A stretch of 63,702 nt of DNA, filler included, from Choristocarpus tenellus KU-1152 (Eukaryota > Protista > Phaeophyceae), in NCBI GenBank assembly GCA_964200185.2. It is 10 parts of 10 records of this genome, joined end to end, with 100 filler letters (N's around TTAATTAATTAA, not from the genome) between each part and the next. Parts side by side here need not be neighbours in the genome. Positions count along the whole stretch, not along the records: positions 34,568 to 48,298 come from CAXNAD020001390.1; positions 48,399 to 51,880 come from CAXNAD020019734.1; 8 more parts are not named here. The stretch is one strand, 5' to 3'. A program made the position numbers and the translations under genes. Below are positions 35,343-49,034 of this stretch, piece by piece. The notes under the pieces were generated by a model. That model was not told where the DNA came from. It made no database searches and saw only the letters and a list, made by a program, of their open reading frames with translations. Position 1 is the first letter of the stretch, and every line of letters begins with the position of its first letter.

Positions 35343-37931
35343 ATGAAATTGTCGCCGATACCCTTAACCTCTTTCGGTTCCGTTTGGTGGGTCGGGTCTG
35401 ATTCCCTGGTATTTTGGAGCCCTCATTCGAGAGTCCCAAGTGTGGACGCTGCTTTTGGTCAAGCTTCCTCAAGAATCTGGAGCACGCATGGCCTATCTAT
35501 TTCCATGTCCATCTCTGCGGAAGACGGCTTCGACAGACCGTTTTCGAGACAGGGAATAGTGGCCGCAACTGCTTCAGCAATCCTCACAGCGACAGCGCTA
35601 ACAACATCTGTAGCCCCGAGTGGTGGACCTTCGTACGACCTGAACCAGGAACGTATATTCGATACCCGTAAACGCAGCTTTTTGCCCGCGAACCCGGAAC
35701 GTCTTATCCGGGCTGGTTTTGAAGGTGGGTGCCGCCTGCTCTGTCTAGGGGAGGTTCACACGAACCCCCTTCACCACAGGATGCAATTCAAAGTCATCAA
35801 GGCCTTGCACGCTGCATCCTTGGGACAAGGCGAGCCCTTGGCGATCGGACTTGAAATGTTCTACCGTCAGCAGCAGGTGAGACAGACATTTTTGTATTTG
35901 TAATGTTAACGACCAACAGTGGTATTTAGGGTGAGGGAGTCTTGAGATAGCCTGTTACTTCGTTCATATCGTTGCAGGTCAAGTTAGCTGACATGTTTGT
36001 TTGCACTCTCTAGAAGATATCCGACGTAACCCCTCCCATGTGCACCAATAATATTCCCAAGCACCTGAGGCCCCTTTCCATTGACACTATATTTGTGCGG
36101 TGCAAATTCTGCATGCAGGGTGCCTTGGACCGGTACGTGTTCCTCCACGGTAACTTGGAGTTACTAAAGCTTGAGACGCAGTGGGAGAAGACCTGGGGAT
36201 TTGACTTCAATCAGTATGCCAAAATATTCAGATTTGCCCGCGAGAATCGTATCTACCTCGTTGGCCTCAACGCCCCGAGTTTTCTCGTTAATCTGGTGAA
36301 TAACGTTGGCCTTGATGGTCTGCCACCAGAACTCATATCGGCGATGCCAAAGATGGATCTAGGACAGGTGGAACACCGTCGTCGATTTGAAGAAACCATC
36401 AATGCCTTCCCACATGGTAACTTTGATGAAGCGGCCATGCAGCGAATGTATGAATCACAGACTCTCTGGGATGAATACATGGCAGAAACCTCCAGCAGGT
36501 GTGTGCACCCTTGCATCGAGTTTGGGGCAGTTTCGATTTTGGAGTAGTAGGCAACAGATGGGCGATAGTGTCGTGAGAGTGGCGCGAGAGTGAGAAGGAA
36601 TGTGTATGGTACATGCTTTATGATTTGAAGAAGTTCTCATCTAATTCCTCAGTCCAGACAAGAAGCTAGATTGCTCAGTGCCAAACCTGCTAGCATCTCA
36701 TGCACGCAAATGGTTTCAAAATCAAAATCAGCACCCCTGGATCTATGTAGTACACTACCCATTCTAACCTCTATCAGAGCAATTAGAGCTCAGCAGTGAA
36801 GCTGATCATTGGCAATCTGCAACAGGATTCTTTGTGAACCCTTGTGATGCCTAGTATTGAAGTTTGTGACATTCTCATGTTGGATAGAGTTTATCTAAGA
36901 AGGTTTGTTGAAATAGTGACAGGGAAACTTTGTGAGGGATTCTTGATGGTTAGGGTAGATTCTTCAGGACTTACATTTTTTTGTAGCTGTACAACCAATT
37001 TTGCTTTGTGACATTGCCAAAGTAGGATAATCTCTGGAACTGCTGATATAACTAAAGAATCTAGATGTAACCTTTGTTTCCATCCGATTTTGATTTTCAA
37101 GATATCCTGATCATTTGGCACATGTTATCCTTATTAACACCGCTCAAGGTGGAAAACTCTCATTTTGAGATGGCATGGAGGTGATGTAATATCATGTTGA
37201 TGACTGACTCATGAACTTCTCTAATTAGAACAGTGGTGCTTGATGCTGTGACGATATATTTGAGGATGCTGTTCTGCATCGTACTGATAACCTACTCCGA
37301 TTCAAGGTCTCAAATGCCCATGGTTTATCGTTTTGTGCCAAAGCTTCTACTTAGAAATGAGGCCATGTCACTTTGCACTCGATGAAACACTCCGCAAAGA
37401 GGTGTTTCTCCTCCTGTTTTGGGTTGAACGTGTCGCACTACTACCCCATCGCTTAACACAGATACAAGACGGGACTGAGGGAGTTGCTCCACAGCTTGAT
37501 GAGCTCTATGCCTAAGCTCAGCATGATTGCAATTCTCCTATTTGCAAGCATGTCATGTGTGTATCATCCCTAGTTGTGCTTGATAGTGGTATGTCGGTTG
37601 CAAGTTGTTTCTCCTGTAACCCGCCAGTGATTGTTTGTTCCCATGCTACTGCTCCCACATCCCCTCCAACTTTTCCAGGTTTCTCCAGCATAGAGGAGGT
37701 CGAATGGTCCTCTTGGCTGGGACAAAACACATCGAGTCCAGGGATGGCATTCCAGACCGTGTGCAGCGACGTACAGGACTGCGGCCATTCACAGTCGTGC
37801 CCCTGAGTGTGGAATGGACACCGGATGGCCTACCAGACATTGACCACCCCCCTGGTAATGCCTTTGCTGATTGGGTGTACTATACAGAGGAGGAACTTGA
37901 GCCTGTTGAGACAGGGCAAAAAATACGATAA
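35343..37931 (+). CDS. ChaN-family (haem-binding uptake, Tiki superfamily) protein, complete, 388 aa, probably plastid-targeted; exons 35343-35876, 36119-36498, 37679-37931
   Basis: Motifs LGEVH..HHRMQ..LAIGLEMF..QQ|GALDRY..W...WGFDF..Y..IFRFARE..LVGLNAP..MYESQTLWDEYMAE..MVLLAGTKH..GIPDRVQRR..ADWVYYT. GT-AG borders, phases 0 and 2; 1167 nt including TAA. Confidence 0.92.
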
Positions 37932-40848
37932 AGGGTGTGATGTGCAAGGAGGAATTCCTATTGTTGACAGTTTGCTCTGCTAGAAGACTGCGGGTATGGG
38001 TAGGTTGGATATGTTGGGTGTAATAAGAGGTGCGAGGCAGGAGTAGTGGATGATGTGGTGTGGAATGGGCAAAGCATTTGCCGCCGTTAGTTGACACTTT
38101 TGTCCGAGGAAGGGTAGATATCAAGTTCGCCCAGTTTGTAAGTAATGTAAAAAATGTGTTCTGTTTTGAGAGGAGTTCTGGGTGTTGTATTGGTGTGTGG
38201 TCCCTAATGTTTATGGATTTAATGCAGTACAGGGAGAGTGAGGATATTTTGGATGAAAGGACTACACATGGAGAGAGCAGATAAATGCATGTGGGTTTCA
38301 TGATTCTAAGCATTCCTTTTGTGCACATGGCACCTCTGAGGATGTGGACAAGTACTATGCTCTTCTTGCCATTATTGCTGATCTGGAAGGATTAGGTGTG
38401 TCTCTCTATGTCCCAATCGTGAAGGGCAGAGTACTACTGTCTGTGTGCCTGGTATTAATATGACCAATTGATCTCACGCCTCTTGTTCTCAAATGTTGGG
38501 ATAGGTGTATCATTGCTTTAGGTGTGGTTAGCGCATGAGCAAGGGCCTTACAATTGAATCCTATATACTGTTTGTGGTATATGGAGTCTATTGTATGCTC
38601 TTTCTTACTCTTGAAGTAACTTAATCATGAAGGCGTGCCAAGTTTGGGCTAGGAGTAAACACAAGTGTACTTCTTGTGGAGAAGTGTAATCTCCTTCCCT
38701 CCTCTCCCCCTAACCGCTGCATCTTGCATGGGATTGGAAAGAGTATGGAAATTGAAGCTTTTCCTAAGTCAGTTGCAGATTGTGTCCATTTTCAAGATGT
38801 ATTTTTCTGTGTGGGACACTGTGGACTCCACCTTCCAACCTCAACCCCTCCACCCTACCTTGTTGACAGGTTTTGTGCTAGTGTCTGATTTTGTGACCCC
38901 TTTAGAAATGACCTACCCAATTCCTTGTGGGATGTGGCCCAAGTCATCTCTACTTTTATTTTCGTTGGAAATTGTGGATATGTCTGCCCGGGGTTGACCT
39001 TGGACAAATTTTAATTGAAGTTTATGTGATTGGATGCCCCCGTTTTTGTTGAAACATAATTGTGGTGGTGGCATGAGGGTGGACCCCATTCAGAGTGTAA
39101 GCAATGGTACTTCACAATACTTGTAGCGATCTATGTGTCTCTGATTTTGTGTGATTGCATGCATTTTCCTTGGTCTTGTAGATGTGCTGTGAAGTCAACT
39201 CCTTGTTTCTGATTGGTTGATGTAACAAGAGATAGTAATACATTCATAAATATGTGGCAATGAGGAGGTGAGACGTTACCAGTTGAAGGTTAGGAAGGGG
39301 TTGTGTACACAAGTTTGATCATCTCTTTTTTCCTCTGTGTTATCGTTCACCTGATGGAGCTACTCTGCTCAAGCTGCAGTGTTCCTGTGTGCCTCAAGCA
39401 ACACAGATGATTTCTTTTCATTATCTTACTCACTTCATTCTGTAGCTTGTTCTTGGCAATGAAAGGAACAAGAATAGTCATTTCTTGGACAAGGCAAGTG
39501 GTGCTCATCTATGAAGACTTGGTTGACTAAACTGAGAAGCAAGGGAAGCCACGGCAAGGGGCGATTTTTGCTGTAAAGAAATTGATTTGCTCATCTCACA
39601 TTAGTTTGATGTGTGTGGTGGAATGACACTTAAACATATAATCTAGTGAAAAACATGGTTACACAATATGCTAAGATTATTTCAAAGTTTGCTTATGTTA
39701 AGGACTAGATATTATGTCTGAAGCAATATAGAGCAAGTATATCAGATACATACCAGAAATTGAACTGAAGCTATATATGGACTTCAACGGGTTAGTAAGT
39801 TCCTAGGCGCCGACAACATAATGCCAAATTACTGATTGGGGTCTGTGTATTTCTTAAAATAGTACAAAAACTATAGTAATTCATCTATCGAAAGCAGAAA
39901 ATGAAAACTTAGTAGGATTGCTCCAGTCCATAAGATCTATTGATTCATACGGTATGTTTACAAGTGATGAGATAGACCTTTCCAAAAAACTGTTTTGTCA
40001 GATGCACCGTTACACAGTAGTTTACCACTCATTGTAACCACCTTTATTGTGGAATCTCTTTTATCTGCTCATCTGACTGACTGACTGAAGCTGACTTAGC
40101 CATATTAATTCATGTTCATTTGGGTTGTGTCCATGACAATGAAGGGTTACCCTGCCTAATCATGGTTTGATCTAGGTCAGGTGCAGCACTACTTCAGGAT
40201 CGAAATGATGTCCTGAATGGACTAGTTTGGTGTTTTTCTTTTACTCTCTATTTTGTCACCATTGCATCCCATCAGAAAAGCAGCACCTGCATCACAGTGT
40301 AACAATATCCCTGTCTGTCCAAGGGATAGAGAGCACACTTGGACCACCACCATATATTTGCAACAACAAAAAAACTATTGTAACTGCTGCAAAAAATGAA
40401 GGCAACATGTTCACGCTTAAAGCAGCAGAAAAAAACCTGTCACCACCTTGGGAAGGGCGAGAACATGTATCATTATCATCATGAAAAATGAAAAAATTGC
40501 AACACCCACTGCTTTGAGAATGCGGTCCTTCCCCTTCAGCCAACATCGCTTCCCCCTTGTCACCAAAAAGCCAAGCAGATAATACGTAGAGAGGGGACAA
40601 TCCAATGGCAGCCAGATACCAGGTTCATCAAGTACACATTCTCTCGGCTGTGCACCAACCATTTTGTAACCATCCTGCTGCACCTCACCTAACCAGTGCT
40701 TTCCATCCCACTTTACAACAAGCAGCAACAACAATTACACAGAAAGCACGTCTAAAGACAAAAAAAAGTTTTGCACATAACTACGCAGAAAAATACCAAG
40801 AGAGAGGAAGAAGCAGTTTTCATCCAGCATCGTTATTCTTATCACACA

Positions 40849-43800
40849 TCACCCCCTTTTATCACTTTCACTACCACTGCACTCGCCAAGTGCAGTAGTA
40901 GTACCCCCTTCAGGAGATGGCACCTCTTTTCGCTCCTCCTGCCTCGCTTCATGACCACCTACCCATGTTTCAGTCTTGTCATTCTCAACATGGTCCACAT
41001 CCACACCCAAGTCAGTCTCCTCCACATCCAAATCATCCACAACAAAATCCACTTCACCCTCCATTTCATCTTCACCATAATCCTTTGACCAATTTGATGC
41101 ACGTCCCCCAACCAAGTCCTCTAAAAACACTGCTTCCTCGAATGTTGGTGAAAATAACTTCTCTTCCTTGGTATCGCTGTCAGTTTCTACCTTGGTCACA
41201 ACTTCCGGAGCTTCCTCAGTCCCAACATCAAACAAACGGGCATTGGCTTCAACACCTGCAGGGGTAAGAGCAACATCTGCAGCAAGAGCAGCTGCTTCTT
41301 CAGCCTCTCGCTCAGCAATGTCCTCAGGTGAAATGGAATCAAAGCTCCACTTGAAGGCCCAGGTGCCAAAGGGGCGAGACTTGTCCCGCTTAGAAACTGT
41401 AAGGACAATTCGTGTTGTACGTGGGGAAAGGAACAAATGTACACCCTTCTCCCCAGGCATCGCTTCAGCAGGGAGCCCATCATAGTTTGGGCCGAGCCTT
41501 CCCAACTTGTCAGGGCCGGCATTAAGCTTCAAGACGAAGCTCACATGGTCAAATCGGTGGTTTGTTACCTGAAATGGGCGGAGGAGGGAAAGGATCAGCC
41601 ACCTGGTATTGAATTAGGGCGTCCTAGGGCGACTTCAACCCCACATGACCTGGAAATCACCTAGGCAACTAATATTTATGTACTCATGTCATACCTCCAC
41701 CAGGAATTATGGACTGTCTCTAAATTAACATTGTTGTTTGTTGAAATGCTTCTACCCTTTTCAGAGTATTTCTTGCACAACTATACTCGATGGCTTGCTC
41801 TCTCCATGTAGTCTTCATACAAAACACATACACACACACATCCGCCACACCTACAACACAGCAGTGCTAACCAAGAGAGCAATTATGTTTGGGGAATGAA
41901 CCTAACTCATGCACTACCAAAGCTCTAGGCCACCCTCCAAAGACGTCTCTTTCCTTGGATGGATCAAGGAAGTCATCAACCATTCAGATGATCTCAAAGC
42001 AGACAAAGCAGTTTGCATTTGCAAAGAGGTGCAATTCCTGCCTGAACCTTGCCCCCCACCCTGTCCTCATTCTCCCTTGGGGTACTTCTCACCCGCCAAA
42101 TCCGCCTTGTGATTATACTTTCGGAGGCATACTGAAAGCCAGTGTCATTCTCATCGCCTAGCCACTCTTCCACAGAAAATTCCCCCTCATCCTCCCCAGC
42201 AAATGGGTCTTGAGAAGGCATTGCATGTTGTGGACCCTCCCAGTCCAGTGTTTCCACCTAGCAATGTGTTATTGGTTGGGGTATGGCAAACAGGTACAAA
42301 GGGTACCAACATTTTCTTGTGAAATGATATCCTGTAGTACAGCAACTAGAAACTTGACAAAAACATATGTTTAAATTTGAGAAACAAGCAGCACAAGATC
42401 ATGCACACATAGTCTGTGGTCAAAATAGTAATGTAAGCATTTGCATCAACTTGGGATGAGTGCCAAAAAAAAAGTAGCATGACCCCCCCTTGAACTAGGA
42501 AAACAATTCTTGCACTCAGTAGCATCAACATATCGTGCGCATGAGTGATATGCTGCTATGCTGGTCATGAAGGGCTCTATGAACCTGGAAGAAAGAGGAG
42601 TTGAAGGAATAACAATGGGGTTAAAGTCTCTTGTGTCCTTTGTACTAGAGCACCATTATCCTGCATATCCTGGTACTCGTAGCTTCTTGACCTCCTGTGC
42701 CACCATGCCCCCCTGCTTAAATTGTGTGTTGACTAGTGTGTGCTACTGTAGCTGAAATTAATTCAAAACCTTAAGGCATTCATCCCTTACACTCACATGT
42801 TGCAAACAAGGAATTACAAAAGCTGACGTCCCATTTTCACATAGAGCAAACCACAGCACATACTAAAGTGCCTGTATTTGAATAGGTTACACGCCCTGCA
42901 GTAATCGATTTTTTTTTCTTTTTATTAGTTTGAGGTATTGGAAACAGTTACCTATAGTCAAGTACTATGAAGTATGTGTACTATACCTGGACAAAATTGC
43001 TGGTAGTACATTCCACCCTGGTCATCCACGGCTCCCCCTTGACAGGGCCCTTGATTGCCTTCATCTCAATTGCTCTGCGCCTCTCTTCACTGGTTTCTCC
43101 AAAACATTGTCGCTCATAGATTCTACAGAGGAGCAGAAGGTAAGATGGATAGGTGTGTTTCAACAGTGCAGCAGGGGGTGTTTTTGAATCAAATGTGGCT
43201 TCTAGTACTAGGACTATTTGAAGTATTTCCCAAAGACCCACCACAGTAGTTTTGAAAGCATCTATACTGAAAATAACCAAAACTGTATGAAGTTTACCCC
43301 TTTGGGCAGTTTGAATAATTGACTGTTTGGCACTCTGAAGCATCATGATATCGCTCTGTAGCACCCTGAATGATAGAATCTCCTTGAATATTGCCCACCA
43401 CTTCTACCACAGATTGTGCATGTCTACTTAGCAAAACTGAAATATCTTACTCTCTGTGCATACCACATCAAGTTATGCTTGATTTCTTGTGTGATACGAC
43501 ATAGTATACTACCGAGAAGTGTTGACACTGTAAGTTGTACCTTGACTTGATACACAGTTTACAACAGCAGTTGTAGTGGAACCATGGGTTTGAATCGTTT
43601 GATGTGTAGAATAATTTTGAAAAATAGTCTAAAATACTGTATGTTGGATACGTTGGTCTATGCGTTCAATACAATCATCTCTAAAAAGACAAGAGAGGAA
43701 GAGTAATTAATGTTGGGAAGGATGGCAAACTAACCTCATCTATGGTTGACTAAATCAATACACAATTCAAACAAGGGAAACTGATACCACCCTTTGTTGC

Positions 43801-46800
43801 TAGGGCCAGCTTAATATCCAATACCGTAAGGTTTATACTATTGATAATGCCCATAGTGTTGGAGGAGGTTGGCTCATAAATCACCGAAAAACATCCTGTG
43901 TGTGATTTATGTTGGAGTCATCCCTGTTTGGGGAACCACCTCCCATATTAAGGGATTCAGAAATGTGTGCAGGATTCATACGGTGAATGTACCCATTAAA
44001 GTGCTGTAACTCGTGCCTGACATCCTCCACTTGACTCAGAAAAATGACGAATAGATGAATTTATATGCTACAAAAACAGGAAAAAAAGAAGGCGGCTCAC
44101 GTAATCCCCCCCACCCCTCTTCAGGGGTAGTTCCCCAAGCGGGGGTTGCTCACATGTGCATAGGAAAGAGCAAAATGCAGAGAACCAATCCCGAAAATAT
44201 CATACCTGAAAATGTTATTCTTTCAACCCACAACATAAATCATTTACTGCATTGGGTGTGATAATAAAAACAATCATATTCTGCCGACGACTAAATTGTC
44301 ACCCTATTACCATCCCTGAAGATTAGTAAGATATTATGAGACTCTAAAATCCGTTGGAAGATGGAAGCAGAGGTGATCAATGACCCACTGCTCAAACATT
44401 GCCCAGGCTACGACATGCTTTGTATCATCACATCCCAGTTCACCTTGAAATCCCATTATCAACTGCTTGCCCACTCATATCCACACTCGGCAAGTATAGA
44501 TTAAGCAACATGCAATTAATCAATTTAACATCATAGGCAACACACCTCACCCCCCCCCCCGCCCCTCCCCTCCTCCCACAAACTCCTGCACCACTTGTCT
44601 CACCTGAGTCTCTCTGACATCTCCACAATATCTTCTGGCAATGCCCACTTGACGATTTTGGAGTTGTCGCTGCTGTATGTCTGTTGAATGTACTGCAAGA
44701 ACCAGTCTGACCACGGCATGCACTCTGGAGTACTGATCAGGCTTCCCAGGTATGTGGACACGACCTTGTTCTCCAGCTGCAGTGACACACCATAAAGGCA
44801 GAAAAACCAAATTATGTACTACTTAACAACAGTGAACTGGAACCCTAACGCAAAAAAATCTACCTACCACCTTACCACTAAGGAGAGAGGCCGAAGAAGT
44901 AGATATAGTGGATGTGCCAGACGCTCCAACGTATACTAAAGGTTGTCAACTTCCCCCCCCAAAAATCAGAGATTACTGCCAACTCAATATGAGAGGGTCA
45001 GTGGGTCGGTATGATCCTGAAATGTGTATTGCTCATGGTATAATCTTCACTCCATCTACTGCCCATGGTTTCTTTCACAGTGACAATTGCCGCCTACTAA
45101 ACTGTGACCTTACTTCCACTAAACACACTTTCCATGGTGTGTTGGCTTCTCACCAAAATTTCAGACAAAGTCTGCAGCACCCTGAACAGCCACCTCTCAT
45201 ACTTGTCCTTCTGCATTTGCATGAGCATCAGCAGACCTGGATTGGTGGTCTCCACAACCCCCCCCAGGACAATTGCCACTCTTTCAACCTGCACAAGAGG
45301 AAAGAGTTGAAAAAAAAAAAACGAGTGGGGACCAGGGCACAGCACCAGTTTATGGGTCTTATGGAGTAAACAACAGGAGCAAAAGTGGGAGATGATAGAG
45401 GAAAAGTGGTTNNNNNNNNNNACCAGGGCACAGCACCAGTTTATGGGTCTTATGTACTACACTCTTGGAGCAGAAATTGCAGATCCTAAAGGCCAAGGGC
45501 TTCTTCTACGGGGCAAAAAATGCTGTAAAATTGTGAGTAAGGTGTTGAATGAATGTACCTTTCCCGCAACATACCTATGATCCATTGCCTAAGAGCTTTA
45601 TCTTCTTACGAACCGAGGGACCTTTTTTCCCATTCTCAACCAATAGCAAGTGCCAACTCTGCAATTCAACTTTTCACCAAGACAAGTGCAACATTCAATC
45701 ACTGCAACTTCAGTTGGAACAGTGCTTCAAAAATTAACACAATGCCCTCATGGGTGATCCTTCTAGGCAAGGTGTTGAATCTTCAACGATTTATTGTAAA
45801 AACTACAAAGTATATATTTTTAGTATTAAAAAAAAAATCAACACCCAACACCCTCATGAAAGCCTGTCCAATGGGGTCAAGGTCAGAAAAAAATGGGCAC
45901 ATCTCCAACCTGAAGGTTGTCATCCACAGCCAGCCATGCACGAAGCCCCATCAACCATGGCCTAAGGTCAGGATAGTTGGTGTTGTCCACCCCTTGTACC
46001 ACCATTCTTGAGAAAGGGAGCAGGAGCTTACTACTATCCTTTGCCCAGCCACACATCACCTCCAATGCCTCCTCAGGTGCATGGTTGTCCTCAAGAGCCT
46101 GTCACAGGACCATAAAAGTTGCAGGACAGGAAGGGGAGGGAAGGATGGTATGTATCATCCTTGCGATTTCGTGACCTTGGCTTAACGACCAATCTGGAGT
46201 TGGGGATAGCATTGTGCCCCTTTGACCCATCCATCTTTAAAAACTGTATCAAACAGTTCAATCACAAACCTGATTTTGGAGAAGGAATTAGCAGGGACCA
46301 CCATGGTATACTAAGGTAGAGATGACCTTAAAAAGTCATCTCAAAGCAAGCACTGTAACTATTATAGGGTCAAAGTATGTGTGTGGGGGGTGGTGGTGGC
46401 TGTCCATTTGGGACCAATTTTTTCATGTCTCGATTTTTGGGTGATTTGGTTCCATACGTTGGACGGACAATGAGAGTGCATCTTTCCTGGTTTTGGCTCA
46501 AATGGACACTCTGGTGTAGACCCCCACCCCCCCCAGATACTTTGGGTCATAGAAAATCGATAATCACAACAATACCAGATTAGCACTCATCTTGCAAAAG
46601 AGAAAATCATACAAAAATAAAAATTCCCCCAAAAACTACATAAAATTCACTGAATCTCCAACAAGGAAATAAAAGAGCTCCATGAAAGCGCTCACTTCTG
46701 ACTACGAATGAGATGGCCTCCCCCAACCCCACCCTCCTCCACCCTCCTCCCATTTCCATCCACACCTGCTTGTAGAAGAGTGAGCTACTGAGGCACTGGC

Positions 46801-47804
46801 GATCTCCTATAGACAATGCAAGCTCCGGAACTAAAGCCTTCCGGTCAACCACCCCTTCCCAACTTCCCCCCATATTACCACCTCCTTCCTCCTCTAACCC
46901 CTCCTCTTCTCCCTGTCCTGCCGATAGGACCCCATCCCCAGACTCGCTTGCGATATCTTCCAGAGGCGGTAGCCCTTCAGCAGCGTCAGTTATAATTGCA
47001 TGCGAACAGGAACCTTTCCTTTGTACTCTCCGTGCAAGCCCCACTTGAGATGTGGATGGCGTCAGTGTGTCCCCTCCCACAGCATGGTCACTGCTTATGC
47101 TTTTTAATGTGTTCAATAGGCACAAAAAATATCAAAAACATATTGTGAAGTTATGCTTAGGTATATAGAGATATTAATGTGGAAAAAAACGAAATCAGGA
47201 CTGAGGTTCAACTACTCTTAAAAGTAGTATTATAGTTAGAATATGGGTTATCAAATAGAGAGATTGGTTTATCAAGGGTAGGTTTATCAATAAAAATATG
47301 ACAGAGTTAGGTTCAATAAAAAGAAGAAAAGAAGTGATATATGCCATGGTGGTCCACCACAACAATTGTGTGTATGGTATGCCTGTTTAACATTCAAGTT
47401 TTGACTGGAAAGAGAGGGGATATGTGAGAGGATTACTAGGACAAAGTATTACCCACTAGTGCTGTACCTCGGACTGATATAATACCTGTGAGTACACAGA
47501 AACACCACACACAATAATATTGAACAAACCAAAGTTCACTCTCTCACCTCCTATCACTGCGACTGTCGCTGTTAGAGGCCGTGTCGGTCTCTGACCCAAC
47601 CCTCATCACCGCCCCTGGCCTCATTCCTCCCACACCCCCTGGGCCACCACCTACGCCCCCAGTATAAATCCCATCTCGGGCGGTCTCACCAGAGTGAGCC
47701 CACAGGGCTCGCACACATCGAACTAATGGCGAGAACTTGGGAGGTGAAGTCTTGTGACCCATTCTTGGGAGGCGTTTCTTCGGGTCATGTATGGGGCTGT
47801 TCTC
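40849..47804 (-). CDS. USP9/USP24-like ubiquitin C-terminal hydrolase, C-terminal 699 aa (5'-partial); exons 47804-47548, 47090-46766, 46098-45910, 45288-45154, 44776-44604, 43122-42987, 42257-42093, 41568-40849
   Basis: Eight GT-AG exons are phase-consistent and give a 2100-nt open frame ending in TGA. FYKQ|ALEDNHAPEEALEVMCGWAKD..DLRPWLMGLRAWLAVDDNLQ|VERVAIVLGG..GLL..QKDKY parallels the USP9X C-terminal region as I recall it ([38 protein letters not shown]..GLF). The catalytic domain is not in this contig, so the gene model is firmer than the product call. Confidence 0.8.
46367..46548. mobile_element. MITE family C copy, TSD ATA, in an intron of the USP-like gene
   Basis: GGGTCAAAGTAT..CCAGATACTTTGGGTC with ATA on both sides. 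Confidence 0.9.
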
Positions 47805-48439
47805 CTTCAGGAATGGTGTAGAGGCAGGTACGCATGTATGCAAGTTCAAGGAGGAGGGGGGGGAGAAGGAGTCATTACTAGGCCTGGTTGAATTGTTGCG
47901 GCTGAGAGGGACAATCGAGAGCTCTGAAAAAAATTAAATTACCAAATTATTGTCAAGCACCAACAGTATGTTACATGGTATACACAAAACATAGAATAAA
48001 GACTGACAAGAGAGGGCACAATATAATCCTAATATTTTCATCTTGCATGCTATGTTATTAGGCACTACACTCCTGCCTCTAGGGCTAGGGCTAGGACCAC
48101 AGTGTACACAAGTGCCATTCTCAACCCTTAGAATATTTACCATACTCCTATTTCAGCATGGGCAGGCAATCCCCCCACCCCCTAGCCCCTTGTCTGCACT
48201 TCCCAGTCAGCCCCAACAGTCTACAGTTGGATGCAAACAACAAGTGCAAGGTGATAATAGGCTGGATCACAGAGTACACCATGTGAAATATCATCACGNN
48301 NNNNNNNNNNNNNNNNNNNNNNNNNNNNNNNNNNNNNNNNNNTTAATTAATTAANNNNNNNNNNNNNNNNNNNNNNNNNNNNNNNNNNNNNNNNNNNNAT
48401 ATCTTTATATATATATATACAAGGGCGCCCGCCGGGCAG

Positions 48440-48590
48440 TGAGCTGGGGGGGGGTCTACACCAGGGTGTTCATTCGGGCCCTGACCAGGAGAAGTGCGCT
48501 TAAATTATCCATCCGATGCATGCAACCAAATCACACAAAAATCGCGACATGGAAAAATGGGCCCGAATGGACAGCCACCACCCCCTCCAA
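48440..48590. mobile_element. MITE family C copy lacking both outer TIRs
   Basis: GGGGTCTACACCAGGGTGT..ATGCAACCAAATCAC..AAAATCGCGAC..AATGGACAGCCACC. Confidence 0.78.
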
Positions 48591-49034
48591 GGTGATACTA
48601 CTACTACGTAATATCAAGCATCAGAAGAAGAGTAGTTCCCATGCCGAAACAAAGAGGTGATGGTGCGTAGGTACAAGGATGCGTGTATACCGTCCATGAG
48701 CAACATAATATGGCTCAGTGTAGTTACTTGTTCTGAGCATTTTGAAATCACAAAACAAAATAATGTTAGAGAAATATGCGAATGAAAGAAATTGTGAAGA
48801 CCTAGTTGAGTCACGATGGGGATAAGAAAATGAAGGTCTCTCTCCCAGTGCTAGCATGATTATAGTGCTGGAAATGTACTACGTTGTACTCCGGAGTACT
48901 GCATAGTACTTAGTTGTAGTTAGTTGTACTTGGTTGCACTTTTCTTGTTCTTGGCATTGGGCATGATCTTCACCTCTGGAGTGCCTGGGTATGTATGGCT
49001 CAGTCAAATGATATGACAGGGAAGTTGGGACTCG

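Noticed and set aside
40771-41522. Overlapping His/Pro-rich and antisense ORFs
   Set aside because: Shadow frames of the acidic terminal exon of the USP-like gene.
45331-45455. Direct repeat ACCAGGGCACAGCACCAGTTTATGGGTCTTATG
   Set aside because: The copies flank a 10-N gap; probably overlapping contig ends or haplotypes.
48399-48440. Helitron 5' end (ATCTTTATATATATATATAC..)
   Set aside because: At a contig edge, and no matching 3' hairpin-CTRR terminus was identified.
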